Assembly (NCBI GenBank): GCA_000091205.1
Contig: AP006500.2
DNA: 64,000 bases
From: Cyanidioschyzon merolae
Lineage: Eukaryota
Reading direction: 5' to 3' (one strand)
Positions 11,074-22,199 of the stretch are shown here, piece by piece. The translations under genes and the position numbers were made by a program. Each line of letters begins with the position of its first letter. The first letter of the stretch is position 1. Under the pieces are notes generated by a model. That model made no database searches and was not told the DNA's origin. It was given only the letters and a program-made list of their open reading frames with translations.

Positions 11074-12764
11074 AATATGCTACCAATCTCTAGGAACGTT
11101 CTAAGGAACAAGACCAATAAAGTTTTTACTGTGACCATGCAATCCATCAGCCGGCAAGCCCATCACCCGGCCCCATGGGACACGTGAGCATAAGCCACAA
11201 ATCTGGCTGAACAGAGCCCAGACACGTTTCGCTTCCCCGCTCGATACGATTCTACAGGCCATCCAGACGCGATGCACCGGGAACCTGTGGCGCAGAGGCA
11301 CGCACAGAATGTCCGCATTGAGATCTCGGATCCTGTGACGGTGGTGGCGGGACGTGTCCGCGGCGCTTTCGGGTCCGTGTCCGTGTCCCGATTCATATCG
11401 AAGGGAAAAACAGCGCATCGCGTCGTGTCCCGGGCGTGCGGCGGACGCGACTCGTGAGTTTAGGGACAAAAATGGACATAAATAATCCGCGACCATAGGG
11501 TAAAAAATTTCTACCCACAGCTGGCCTCCAGGCTCTTTCGACTAGACCCCGGTATCGACTCAAGTTTCTCTCTCCACCCTCCAGCTTGCGAGGCTGTATC
11601 ACGAAATTAGATAGGAGGAGCCGCTCGGGTCTCGTACTGAGCACGGCACGTTGTCTGATAGTGATAGCGGCGTTGAAGTCTAGGTTCGCGAACTCCCTGC
11701 GTGGTTTGACGCTGGTCGAACCCACGTATACAAGGATTCCTCGAAGTGGTGCCCTTTGCGCCGCTACAGTCTCTTCATAGTCATGTCGCGCAAACTTTTT
11801 CCCGTCTATCTCACCTCTTCTACACCCGAGATCTGGGGGAGAAGAGGATTTATTGTTCTTTGTCGAACCCGGCGATGAAGGCCCTCTAGAATCCCCGAAT
11901 TCCATGTCCATGCAATCCTTTGGATTTTTCCTTCAACATAAACGAACCTCTATGCACTTAGGTGAGGACCTTCCCGGAGCGAGAAGGACTTGCAGTAGAA
12001 ACACGACATGTGCCTGGGTGTCTCCATGTGCTGAACGCCTGAGCGATTCACCCAGTGGAACGATCGTTACGTTTCACGATTGAAAATACTCGCTCGACGG
12101 AATTGAACCACTGGGAGCACGGAGGAAGGAGAAGCAGCCCTGCACCCCAATTGATTGGGAAAAAATCTCGAATGCAACGGGAATGGTGAAATACTAAGTT
12201 GTCTAACAGACCGACGTGTCCAAACGTCAGGGGAAAGTCTTCAATAGTTCGACAAAGTGATTGGTGCTGTTGTATGAGCCTTCTCTACGAACGAAATTGA
12301 GGCCGACAAATGAATCCGCTGCAGCTAGAATAGATGATAATGTAGTCGTTCTCTTCGAGTTCGATCATATATGCGATGAGCTCCCTCACCGCGAATATCC
12401 ATACATGCGCTGACCGTACCGTTCGAAAGAAGTCTCATCGGATCAAAAAACAAACCGACGTTTCAGTGCTTCTTACCGATCGAGACGTTCGGGGAACTCC
12501 GGGGTTGCGATTTCGATGGAAGATAACCGTGCGTGATGTAGGACTCGCTTCTAGCGACTGTATTCAAGTGTTCTCGGGGCCACACGAATAAGTTGTTGAG
12601 AGGCAGAGACGCCGGTGGCAGCCACTATCTTCGCTTTCGCCTTGCATAAGGTGATGAACAGGTCGCATTCTGCCATGGACCGCAAGCACGCTTTGAAAAC
12701 GTCAGTTTTGGGCGCGGAACGTATATACTTGTTTCTTTCTTTCATTATCCCTCAACAATCTGAG

Positions 12765-12955
12765 TACTATGGTATAACTGACGTGATTGAGGAATGCAGT
12801 CCTGTATGGGATGTTCAGTAAAGAATACATCCCACTGCGATTCATATGCAACATATTCGGTTCATTGCCTCGTGATTTCGATCTCCAGCCCTACACCGCA
12901 GCTGGAGTGAAACAAAACTGAGTTGAACCACTCTAAAAGATCACAAGCACAATCT
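12765..12955. repeat. Copy 2 of the ~190-bp structured element (see 4085..4275)
   Basis: Same orientation as 4085..4275, with compensatory stem changes. It lies in a 4.5-kb stretch that has no long ORF. Confidence 0.4.
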
Positions 12956-15617
12956 TTTAACATCTATTATGTGAAACGCGCCTAATCAAAGGGCAATTAG
13001 CACAGAACTGCGGAGTGTCCTCGTTGGTATATAGACAGGACTGAGGCGTACTTGTATCCACAGCTGCTTTCTGGAGTGTGTTCACCCGCGGCACTTGGGG
13101 CGACACTGTCTCGCCTCCGTGTGCGACGGCGACGACGGCTTCTGTTCGCGTGACCTTTTAGGATCAAGCGCCTGATACCGACACACGTCAACTAGGTGCT
13201 TCCCTCTCCTGGCGTCGCCGTACCTTACAGATGACCCGGATTCAATGACCTATCCGTCCAGCGCGAGATTTCTTTCTTGGCGGCTCTCGAAAAGTGGAGA
13301 CCAGGGCGTGTCAATAGAAAACTTCTTGTTCCGCGGTGATGAGCTCCCACACTCGACGGTTGCATATAACTTAGCCAGCAACAGAGCTGTCATAGCCGCA
13401 CTGGGCATTCCGCAGAAAACCAGCTCCCGCAGTGAATTTGTTGACATAGACGTTGCGGGGCTTTCTCTGCTTTCCCTTCGTCCACGAATGGAGCCCTGCA
13501 GGAATAAAATCGGGGAACGGTCTCCTTTTGCCAAATAGTTTACGAGCTAGGCAAAGCTTCAGTCATAGCACATGCTGGCCAGAGGCTTGGCGTTTTGTCA
13601 AATAGTTCTCGACGCAATTTGCATCGATGGCACTTTCAATTACAGGTCCGCAGCGGCAAATTGCTGTTCGGAGGCGCGAAAGCCATGAACGGCACAGCCG
13701 CGCCAGATCGGAACCGTGAATGACGGCTTCACAATTTCAGTCGAGAAGGATTCGTTCTTCGCAATGCAACATGGATGGATGCGTCAAGTTCTGCGAGGAT
13801 GCCGGCGGTGTACACGGATGCAATGTGTCGGCGCGTGTAAGTCGCCAGGAACGGGCGAACAGAGAACGAGCGAGACAATGCTGTGCATGACACGATGCGG
13901 GTGCATGAGGCGATACCGTGCGCGCTTGACTGCTTTCATCACGACGTAGATTCCGATCTGTTTCGTTCAAACGAAAGCTGTCCACCATCACGGGATGGAT
14001 AAAGGCAGTAGGCACAAAAGCGCTGCTGCTCCATCCTTGTGAATTCGTGTCGCGTCCCTATTGCTGAGCGACGCATACCAGAATAACAGTCTCGGTACGT
14101 TTTACCGAAGGGGCAGCATCACAAGCGCCGGTGATCTAGTTCGGAATCGAAAGCGCTGCGAAACGTGAACCGCTGCGGTCACGCGCGAGCGGGGCCTCCT
14201 CTCGTATTTCAGTTTCGAAACGAACGCGCATCAGAATATCTCATTGAGTCACAAACATGATCACGACAAGCTTTAGAGCGCCGCACAGTCAGAGCTAATC
14301 ATCTCCGCACGGGAGAGGACTAATCTTTCGAGTCAGAATGCATCCATACACGGTCTTCTGTCCGATATTGAGTGAATCTGGACATGCTTTCACAAAAATT
14401 GTCTGCAATCGGAAGGCCATCTCTGGTGAGTCAATGAATATTTTGAAGCGAAACGAGGGAGTGTATGTTGTCCTTCGTTCGCCCGGCGAGTAGGGCTCGA
14501 AACCTCCCAGCACCACGCGCCGCTCTGATCGCTGTACAGTTATCGTACCGCCAGCTGGTCGATGCAACTGCGCTGGTGCGCGTATCGTAGCACCTTGCCG
14601 TTCAAAGCGTCCGAGGAAAGCCAGTCAAGTATCAAAGGTGGAATGCGGGTCGCTAGACCGAGCACTCAGTTACGCGAACAAGTTACTTTAGGCCAATCCT
14701 CTTCTTCACATTTCCAGAGCGTTTTCGGACACTCCGCTTGCCGGTGCCCTTTACCCGGGGCCGTATGGAGATAGGCTTTCGCTGTCGCTGGATAGACTTT
14801 GATGTGCTTTTCGAGCAGGCGCGTAGAACCGGGTGCACAAGTGACCAACGAAGGCGACGTGGCCTACCGGAGTTTCCTTCCCGGGTCAGCGGCGCGAGGA
14901 AGATCTTCTGCGCAAGACCGTACTTTGACATACAGTCGTATGGTCCTTGGAACAAAGGCGTCGTGCAAGTACTCATGATCTTGCTTACTAAGCCAATGAA
15001 AGTCCGACGAAGCTGACAGAAACTGTGCGTGCAGGGCAACCAACCGAAATAAAAAGTGCTATACCAGCAGCAGCACTCTTGCTCCGGAACGCCGGAATCT
15101 ATTCTGTCACCCGAGCAGTAAAGCAGCTCCTGCTATGGGTATTTCCGAGAATACCGAAATAGCTTCCCAAGCGGTTGTTCAGCTCCGCCCTAGCCTAGAA
15201 CTACAAGGAAAGCCCCCCTTTCTGTGAAGAAACGTTTCTGCTCCAGCCAGCCAACATTTGACTCACAAGCGCGCGCATTCAGTGCGCTGCAGCTCCGATG
15301 AGACCAATATCTTACCATTTATGACATTTTCCGCCTAGAATTGCAGCAAGCGGAGTGCTCGCCCGGCGCGGCGCAGCGCGCCGTGTGTGGAGGCGTTTGG
15401 CGCCAAAGCGCTGCACAGCGCGCGACCGCCTTCGCAAGGGTAGCGTGCAACGCTTCTCTAAACGCTCGGGCGTTGCGTCCGCTGTTTGTACTGGATGACG
15501 ATCACCGAGTGCCAAACCTAGTGGCAGGCGATCAATCTGTACAGTAAGAACTCGCAACTGCTTTGCAAGTATCCATAAAAACCGAGTGGTTCTGATTCTG
15601 TGCAGACTCCTTGTGGT

Positions 15618-16676
15618 ATGGAGGTTCAGGCACCAGAAAGTGCGCGCGAACAACCTGCGGAAACTCGCCCTTCGCAGCGATTAGCTGTACTCTTTAATAG
15701 CTTTGCAACTCGAGACAAACAGAAAGTTGTCAACGACCGGGTAAACGCTGCTGCTCTGCTCAGCGCTTTGGAATCAGGGAACGAGTCGGCAGCAGCTGTT
15801 GTGCCCGCCATAGTTGAGCAGTTAACCGGTGGAGCGATACGAACTACGCCACTGGAACACGGCCATGGTTGGCTCGTTAGACCATCGAAACCCATTCTGC
15901 CCCAAAGTGTGTACGTGCCTCTGCGATCTTTTTCTTCCAAATATCGCTCGCGTAGTTCGGTATCACCCAATGGTCAACTGCCTGAAACATTAAAATTCTT
16001 TTTCAGCATTGGAGTTGTCGTGTACTGTGAACGCTGTACCGTTCGCGTCACGGAACCTACGACTGGTGCACCCGTCAAACATGAACCCGTGGAATATATA
16101 GGCCTGGCTGCTTTCGAAGCCGCGACACCTGATCGGCATGATTCGATCCCGGACGATGCGGGGCGCTCAGGCACCGAAGTGTGTCTTCAGATTGCACGGC
16201 ATTGTGAGCGGCACGCGGCGAACGAGATTCCAGTAGCTCCGAGGGATGTCGTGCTTTTCGCTGGCACGTACGACAGCAGTATCTGGAAGAGAGAAACGCA
16301 TGGGCCGAAGGAGCATCTGTCCCGGCCTGTACGAAGAGTTCCATGCATAACTAACCCAATTTTATGCTTACTCGGGAGAGATATCGATGCCGTAATCTGC
16401 TCTGGACTAGACGGCGAGAACGAGCCCACGCGGTGCGCAGCGAGGCATCTTTGCGAGCGCGTCTTTGATAGACGTCTCTCGTCGCAAAGGTGGAGCGACA
16501 CTCGTTGCCGCTACTGTACTCGTAGACTTTTTGAGAAAAGTTCCAGAACTCGCCGGCCAGAACTTAACGCTGGGATCGTCCCCCGGGCAGGATCTCAGCT
16601 TCGGCGCCTCGAGAGATGCCACATAAGAAAGATCGCTCAGGAGCGCGATAGAACGCTCTCGACATCTCGCCGTTGA
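15618..16676 (+). CDS. Hypothetical protein with no recognisable domain
   Basis: ORF of 352 codons from the first ATG (the track start 15600 is GTG). Composition is ordinary. No motif that I can assign. Confidence 0.3.
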   Translation: MEVQAPESAREQPAETRPSQRLAVLFNSFATRDKQKVVNDRVNAAALLSALESGNESAAAVVPAIVEQLTGGAIRTTPLEHGHGWLVRPSKPILPQSVYVPLRSFSSKYRSRSSVSPNGQLPETLKFFFSIGVVVYCERCTVRVTEPTTGAPVKHEPVEYIGLAAFEAATPDRHDSIPDDAGRSGTEVCLQIARHCERHAANEIPVAPRDVVLFAGTYDSSIWKRETHGPKEHLSRPVRRVPCITNPILCLLGRDIDAVICSGLDGENEPTRCAARHLCERVFDRRLSSQRWSDTRCRYCTRRLFEKSSRTRRPELNAGIVPRAGSQLRRLERCHIRKIAQERDRTLSTSRR

Positions 16677-19120
16677 GATTAGCGTTCTCTGGTCTCAGGT
16701 TAACATTCGGGGCGCAGGCAGACTGTCGACAATTTACAAACGCTTCGAGACACCTCACCAGCGATCGCACAGAGCTCCTCTGTGCTCGATGCGGTGGCAG
16801 GTTTGAGCGTCTCGCATGTCTAGCGCGCATGCGAAGAACTGATGGCACGTGAGCGACGGCAGCAGCAGCAGCAGCATCCCTGATGATAAATTCCGAACAA
16901 GTCCGCGCGAATATCTGCACGAGTGGCAGAGAGGCTTTTCCTAGTCCGGCGATATCCTTAGCGGCTGCGATCATACGTTTTACTCTACGAGTCCTGTCGC
17001 GGTTCCTTTTGCAAAAGTCTCGTACACTTCGAGAAGCACGAGATGCCACTGCCTCGCGTCTGTGGCAGCAAACGCTGTGCAAAACGGCCGAGCCGCATGA
17101 TATGCTGCCAACCGAATCGCTCCGAGTTGTATATTGCGAGGATACGAGATCCAATGAAGTGGCTCTCGGAGTTTCCCGAGAACGACGCCGCAGCGACCGT
17201 GGCGCTGTGCACCTTTTTCTGAGTCACTGAGAAGGAGCGTTATGGCCTGGGCCTTGCAAGAAACACTCGCCCAAGCCAGCATGCTCCGAAGCGCCTGCGA
17301 GTCTTTGCGGTACTTTGGTAGGCATTCCGATCTGCAGAGCTGATCTCACGGCTTTCTGCGACCTCGATTGAGGATACCGCTGGCGGGATGCGCCATCCGA
17401 ACGACCCTGGGCCAAAAGCGAGCGTGCAGTTTTCAGAAGAAACTTCTAGGTCTCTAGTACGAAAATCCTCCCACGGAATGGACGAGCTCTATTAAGAGAC
17501 GCTGCAGCGAGCAAGCAGCAACGCCAGTGGGAGTCGCAGTTCCTGTAGGTACGAGACATACGCCTCAACACGCTCTCGGCTTGCAAGCGAGTTCTGTAAA
17601 CGGTACAGGAATGACATTGACATGGCCTCCGCAATCTGTATTCAATCTACTGGGAAGAGGCGCTCATGCTGGATATCTTTTCGCAATATCTCGGGTATGT
17701 AGGCGAATAGCATCATCTTTGCCAGTTGCGCGATAAATAATAACGCTTGCTTATGGGGTTTATGATCAATTTGCTGGGAAGACTCGTCGATGCGTTACTC
17801 ACAAGCCGATGGACGTGCGGACAACATGTTCGAATCATCGATCGTATACCCTGCAAAAGTAATATGTACCGTCTCCCGTGCTCATGGATGTAGGAAAATT
17901 AGTTTTGATATTCCGACACCGTCGCATGAAAAGCAGAATGATCCCCAATTGCGCAGCTGCAACTTTTTGTTCGACAGAAGGTTTACCTGGACCAGCTATC
18001 CCAGAATGGAGGATGGGTACTGGAAATCTAAAATGCGTTCATCATACTGCACCCTACCTTCGAGCTCTATTACCCATGCTTCCTCTTGGATGTACTGGTC
18101 TTTTTGTACTTTCTATCGTGCATCGATTGTCTGCTGTGAGCATCCGCAATAGCACCTATGCAATTGGTACGGATGTGACACAGAGACAGAGTGGCTTTGC
18201 TATACCACTGACAGCATCAGCTCGAGGAGTGCTGCGCTCGACACGGTGTCAAAGTACATAATCATTCTGGGAGCCCGCAGGCTGCGCAGACAGACCTGCT
18301 GTCTGCGGCAGCGCGAAGCGGTATTCTGGGAGATAACTGCAACAAGGGCGACGCATAGACACATTCTACCCGCTCCGAGTGACAGAATAAACTGCGTTGC
18401 GGACGAGTTGCGCAGATCTCACTATAGTGCCCGCCACTGGGAGGAGCATGAAGCGTATGCGGGGCAGATTCGTCCCGCTCGCGGGACCTTTCGCCAAGAA
18501 GGTAAACATTTGACGATATGGAGAGCTTTCCCCTTTTAATGTTTATCGTAGAGGGGGAATGGATTTTTTATATCGTTGGTAGTTCATGGTTAGTCTCTGT
18601 TCTTTTTTCTGTATGGAGCAGTCGATACAATCACCTCTATATCTGGCAGGCACGAGACAGGATGGGCATCTCGCCGTTGAAGCGAAACGCGTTCCTGAAG
18701 AGTATCATGTTGATCTAACAAGATGTATTTGCATTGAAGACGGAGCAATCTATAGTTCAGTCTAATTATGTTCCAACTTTCAAGTGAGTACATTCAAGTG
18801 ATTCTTCGCACTATGTAACGGAGGCGTTCGAAGAGCGTCCTTTTTCAAAAAAGACACTAAAACAGGAAAGTTATGGGAAAGCGAGTCGACGAGCCCTGAG
18901 GCCCAGTGTCGCCGGCTGCCTGAAAAAACAAAAAACAGTGCCGAGTCAAGAAGAAAAGGAAAAGAAAAAGAAGCGAAATGGAGAGGCCCTACGTCGAAGG
19001 CTGCAATAAAGACGACAGTGCGACGAAATCGTAGTAAAACCCTGTCTTCGTAGACATATCAAGGGTCCGCACAAGGAAAAGTCGCAAGACGCCATCAGAA
19101 TCCATATCGCGTCTTACTCC

Positions 19121-19786
19121 ATGAGTATTATAAAGGCGCCGTTAGGACTAATGCATTTGGAGAAGGATACGTGTCGCAACGTGACGGACATCAAAACAAT
19201 TGACGTTCTGGAAGAATTTTTCAACAAGACCTTCACCCGCCACCTGATGCTTGGCACCGGGGAAACGTCGAGTGGAAATGAGCGAGCGCATGCCCTCCAC
19301 GAAAATCACGCCGAATACCGCATCAGCGGTACTCGATCCAGGGGCGACTTGTGTATTGACACCTGCGGGGCAGTCAGGTACTTCACGAACCTAAAGATCC
19401 ATTTGACCGTGAAACTCGAATGCTTCACGATACGCGTCCTGTTTGCGCTGTACTCGGGCCTCTCGCGCACAGGAATATGGGTCATTATCGATGGCATCAC
19501 GAATGATCGCCAGCACGAACAGGAGACTGAGCTCGTCGAAGAGAAGATATCACACAGGAGAACGAATGAGGCTTCTGTCATCCGTGCGGCTATGCAAGAG
19601 CATCGTGCGGACTTGGTGCTCGCGCATCCAGCAGAAAAGGTATCAGATATGAAAAAAGATGAAGAAAGATGCTGTTCCCGAGCCCTGCGCTATTTTACGC
19701 TTTTGGGCCGGGATCTGGAACGCATGGCCGAAAAGCAGCTGAGTCGCGGAAAAATGAAGATTCGGAGGAATGGAAGGCTTTCCTAA
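19121..19786 (+). CDS. Conserved ORF1 of the duplicated module (221 aa, unknown function). It could be the N-terminal WED/REC-like part of the type-1 Fanzor-like gene.
   Basis: ATG-initiated ORF that is intact in both copies (37034..37699) with ~5 aa differences. No motif recognised. It lies immediately upstream of the RuvC-bearing frames and in the same orientation. Confidence 0.4.
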   Translation: MSIIKAPLGLMHLEKDTCRNVTDIKTIDVLEEFFNKTFTRHLMLGTGETSSGNERAHALHENHAEYRISGTRSRGDLCIDTCGAVRYFTNLKIHLTVKLECFTIRVLFALYSGLSRTGIWVIIDGITNDRQHEQETELVEEKISHRRTNEASVIRAAMQEHRADLVLAHPAEKVSDMKKDEERCCSRALRYFTLLGRDLERMAEKQLSRGKMKIRRNGRLS

Positions 19787-21200
19787 TGGGTACGCGCCTC
19801 AACGTCGTTCCGATATGCAGCGCCAACTCATATTTCGTGGCAGTCTGCTCCAGCGTCCCTCATGGCATCGTGAGGGATATCTGTCCGGAGTTCGATGCAG
19901 GCAAGAAGGAGTTCATGGGCCAAAACCGGGAAACTCATTGGAAGAATATCTTCGATTTCAAACGTCTCAATACGGGCAAGAAAGGGTATTCACGGGGACC
20001 ATCGGAAGCGATGGGGCAGCCATGTGTGTACATTACCGGCGGCTGGGGGCGGATCGTCCTATCGTGCCTTCGGCTTCGCCCTCGCCGAAGCATGAAGAAA
20101 AGAAGGAGGCAGATCCTGCGACTCAGGAGGTGCAGGATAACGAGCTTGTCGCTGGCTCGGCGAAGCATGAAGAAAACAACAAGGCGGATCCTGCGACACA
20201 GGAGGTGCAGGATAACGAGCTTGTCGCTGGCTCGGCGAAGCATGAAGAAAACAACAAGGCGGATCCTGCGACACAGGAGGTGCAGGATAACGAGCTTGTC
20301 GCTGGCTCGGCGAAGCATGAAGAAAACAACAAGGCAGATCCTGCGACTCAGAAAGTGCAGGATAACGAGCTTGTCGTTGGCACCGACCCGGGGAACACAA
20401 ATATCGTTACCATCGCTGCACCCAAGCGTGCGGAAGATGGTCCTGACGTTAGCTCACGTCAGAAAGACATGCTTCTTTTAAAGTTCTAAACATAGAAATA
20501 CCATCGAGAATCGGGAATACTGAATACGAGGAAGAAAATCGAGACGTGGAATGCCGCAGTGCAAGAGCATCTGGAAGCTTTGAGCGAGCTGACGAGCCGA
20601 GGAGCGGACTTTCAGGCTTCTCGGAAATCCATGAAAGTTCGTGTTGCTCATTGGGAGGCGCTGTGGGATGAGTATCCAAAGCCCCGGTGGGCTCGTCAGC
20701 GACTGATCTTGTGCTGTGGGAAACAGGGAGCGTTCGCCAACTTTTTCAATGCGTTCGGCGCCCTCAAAGAGGACGAGAGTCAGAGGCTCGCAATAGCGTA
20801 TGGAGCAGGGCGCTGGATGACCCAAAAAGGGTGTACACAGCTCCATCGACAAGAGCGTACAAGAAGTGTGCACATCGTTTTGTCACAATACCTATCGATG
20901 AGTTCCTAACGTCCTATATGCACCATGAGCTGGGGTGCACACTTCCGAGCGTCGAGACGGAAAAGCGTCAGCGGGGCCCTGAGGATATAGCAAAGTACGG
21001 AGCGCTGACAGAGCAGCAAGTAGAAAGTAGGGCGAAAGTTCCTGGGCTACGTGCACTGGTGCGTACAACCAGTGATGGCAAGAAACGTATAGCGTTTGTC
21101 AATCGTGACTCGAACGCCGCTATCAATACCAGGAGATGTACGGTGATGGAGACGAGACCCCCGGAGTTGATACGATCCAACTTTACGCGGCAGCCTCTCA
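19770..21200 (+). pseudogene. Type-1 TnpB/Fanzor-like RNA-guided-nuclease-family gene (OrfB_IS605 / OMEGA superfamily). It is frame-disrupted and probably a pseudogene.
   Basis: RuvC-I-like NELVVGTDPGNTNIVTIA at 20367-20414 (compare the TnpB GIDLG..n.ATLS motif). The frame then breaks (stop at 20489). Further downstream are ...AIAYGAGRW / VYTAPSTRAYKKCAHRF....MHHELGC (a YTSQ.C..C-like zinc-finger region, 20830-20950) and RuvC-III NRDSNAAIN at 21101-21127 (compare dRDvNAAiNI). These motifs lie in at least three frames. Confidence 0.55.
20082..20381 (+). repeat. 75-bp in-frame tandem repeat, 4 units, encoding AKHEENNKADPATQEVQDNELVAGS
   Basis: Units start at 20082, 20157, 20232 and 20307. The last unit runs into the RuvC-I motif, so the repeat duplicates the approach to GTDPG. 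Copy B (37995..38219) has only 3 units. Confidence 0.9.
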
Positions 21201-21364
21201 AGGTGAACTTACCCAGGGACAAGTTGGAACCAGTAGTAGGTGGCCGGTCCAAAAAGACCGGGAGGCGTCTGCACGTCAGCGTACCGACATCCACACTATC
21301 GGCGTCGTGTATATGCGTCGGTATACCTGTTTGGTCTGTGGTAGCTGAGAAGCATGGCCCGTGG

Positions 21365-21964
21365 ATGCCTTTTTCGAGTCGTTTCTTTCGGCAGCTGGTT
21401 CGCGGTGTCAGCTATGTGCCGGTCGTGTACGTTGTCCACGATCTTGTCGGTACGATTGTTCCCGTGAGGGGTGCGTCTATGCAACCAACCCTGAACCCAG
21501 GTGCGGCTGCAGGGGAGCTACCTCCCGGACAAGTTAGCGGCAGTCAGGATGTCGTGTTGGTTAGCCGGCTTCTCCGCGCTGTTTGGAACGTAAGGCGTGG
21601 GGATATCGTCGTTTTGCGGTCTCCCGACGCGGGACCGCAGAAGCGACTCGTGAAAAGGGTGGCCGCTCTAGAGGGGGATCGCGTTTACAACCACCGCACT
21701 GGGAAGTTTGTGGAGGTTCCACCTGGCCACTGCTGGCTCGTAGGTGACAACCGTACGGTGTCCCGTGACTCGGCTAGCCACTACGGGCCGGTTCCGCTGG
21801 GACTCCTCGAAGGACGCGCAGTGGCGGTTATCTGGCCACCACGTCGCTGGCAGGTGCTCGCGACGTCACCAAGCACAGGTTTGTGGCTCGACACTCGGAA
21901 CAGCGAGGGAGACCAACTGCCAGCCAAGAAGCAAGTGCTGGCCAAGTCGGCAACTACGAAGTGA
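21365..21964 (+). CDS. IMP1: Mitochondrial inner membrane protease subunit, an IMP1/IMP2-type S26 signal peptidase
   Basis: ATG at 21365. Motifs: VRGASMQPTL (GxSMxPTL nucleophile Ser), RGDIVVLRSP, KRVAALEGD, GHCWLVGDNRTVSRDSASHYGPVPLGL (GDN...S.DSR.YG box D/E). The protein is about 199 aa. Confidence 0.8.
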   Translation: MPFSSRFFRQLVRGVSYVPVVYVVHDLVGTIVPVRGASMQPTLNPGAAAGELPPGQVSGSQDVVLVSRLLRAVWNVRRGDIVVLRSPDAGPQKRLVKRVAALEGDRVYNHRTGKFVEVPPGHCWLVGDNRTVSRDSASHYGPVPLGLLEGRAVAVIWPPRRWQVLATSPSTGLWLDTRNSEGDQLPAKKQVLAKSATTK

Positions 21965-22199
21965 ATGGCTGTACGTCCGGATGGTGAGCAGAGAACGGCG
22001 CTATGGAGCAGCACCCATTTCAGAATACCATACAACGGATCCGCTCAGCGAACTCGGGCGTAGACGCTCAAGTCTGGACCGCTTCGCATTGTCATCTACA
22101 AGAGGTTTTGTGGGCGTTTTCTTCGAGTACGTCCTTTTCCTCGCTCTTGTCTCCGGTATTGTATACGTCGAACGATGCATGTTGTCTTGTTGGGTTGCC

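Noticed and set aside
12085-12115. tRNA-like T-arm fragments (ggaattgaacc at ~12095; gagttcgaggattgaacc at ~63785).
   Set aside because: No matching acceptor, D-arm or anticodon arm could be assembled around them. The sequences miss the invariant C of GGTTCGAATCC. They are not reported as tRNA.
20687-21964. Single 425-aa track ORF that could be read as one protein, a Fanzor-tail::signal-peptidase fusion.
   Set aside because: The N-terminal two thirds contain only the C-terminal fragments (ZnF, RuvC-III) of a nuclease whose upstream motifs are in other frames, so it is not a functional nuclease domain. I annotated the peptidase from its own ATG (21365) and flagged the in-frame continuity as a separate finding.
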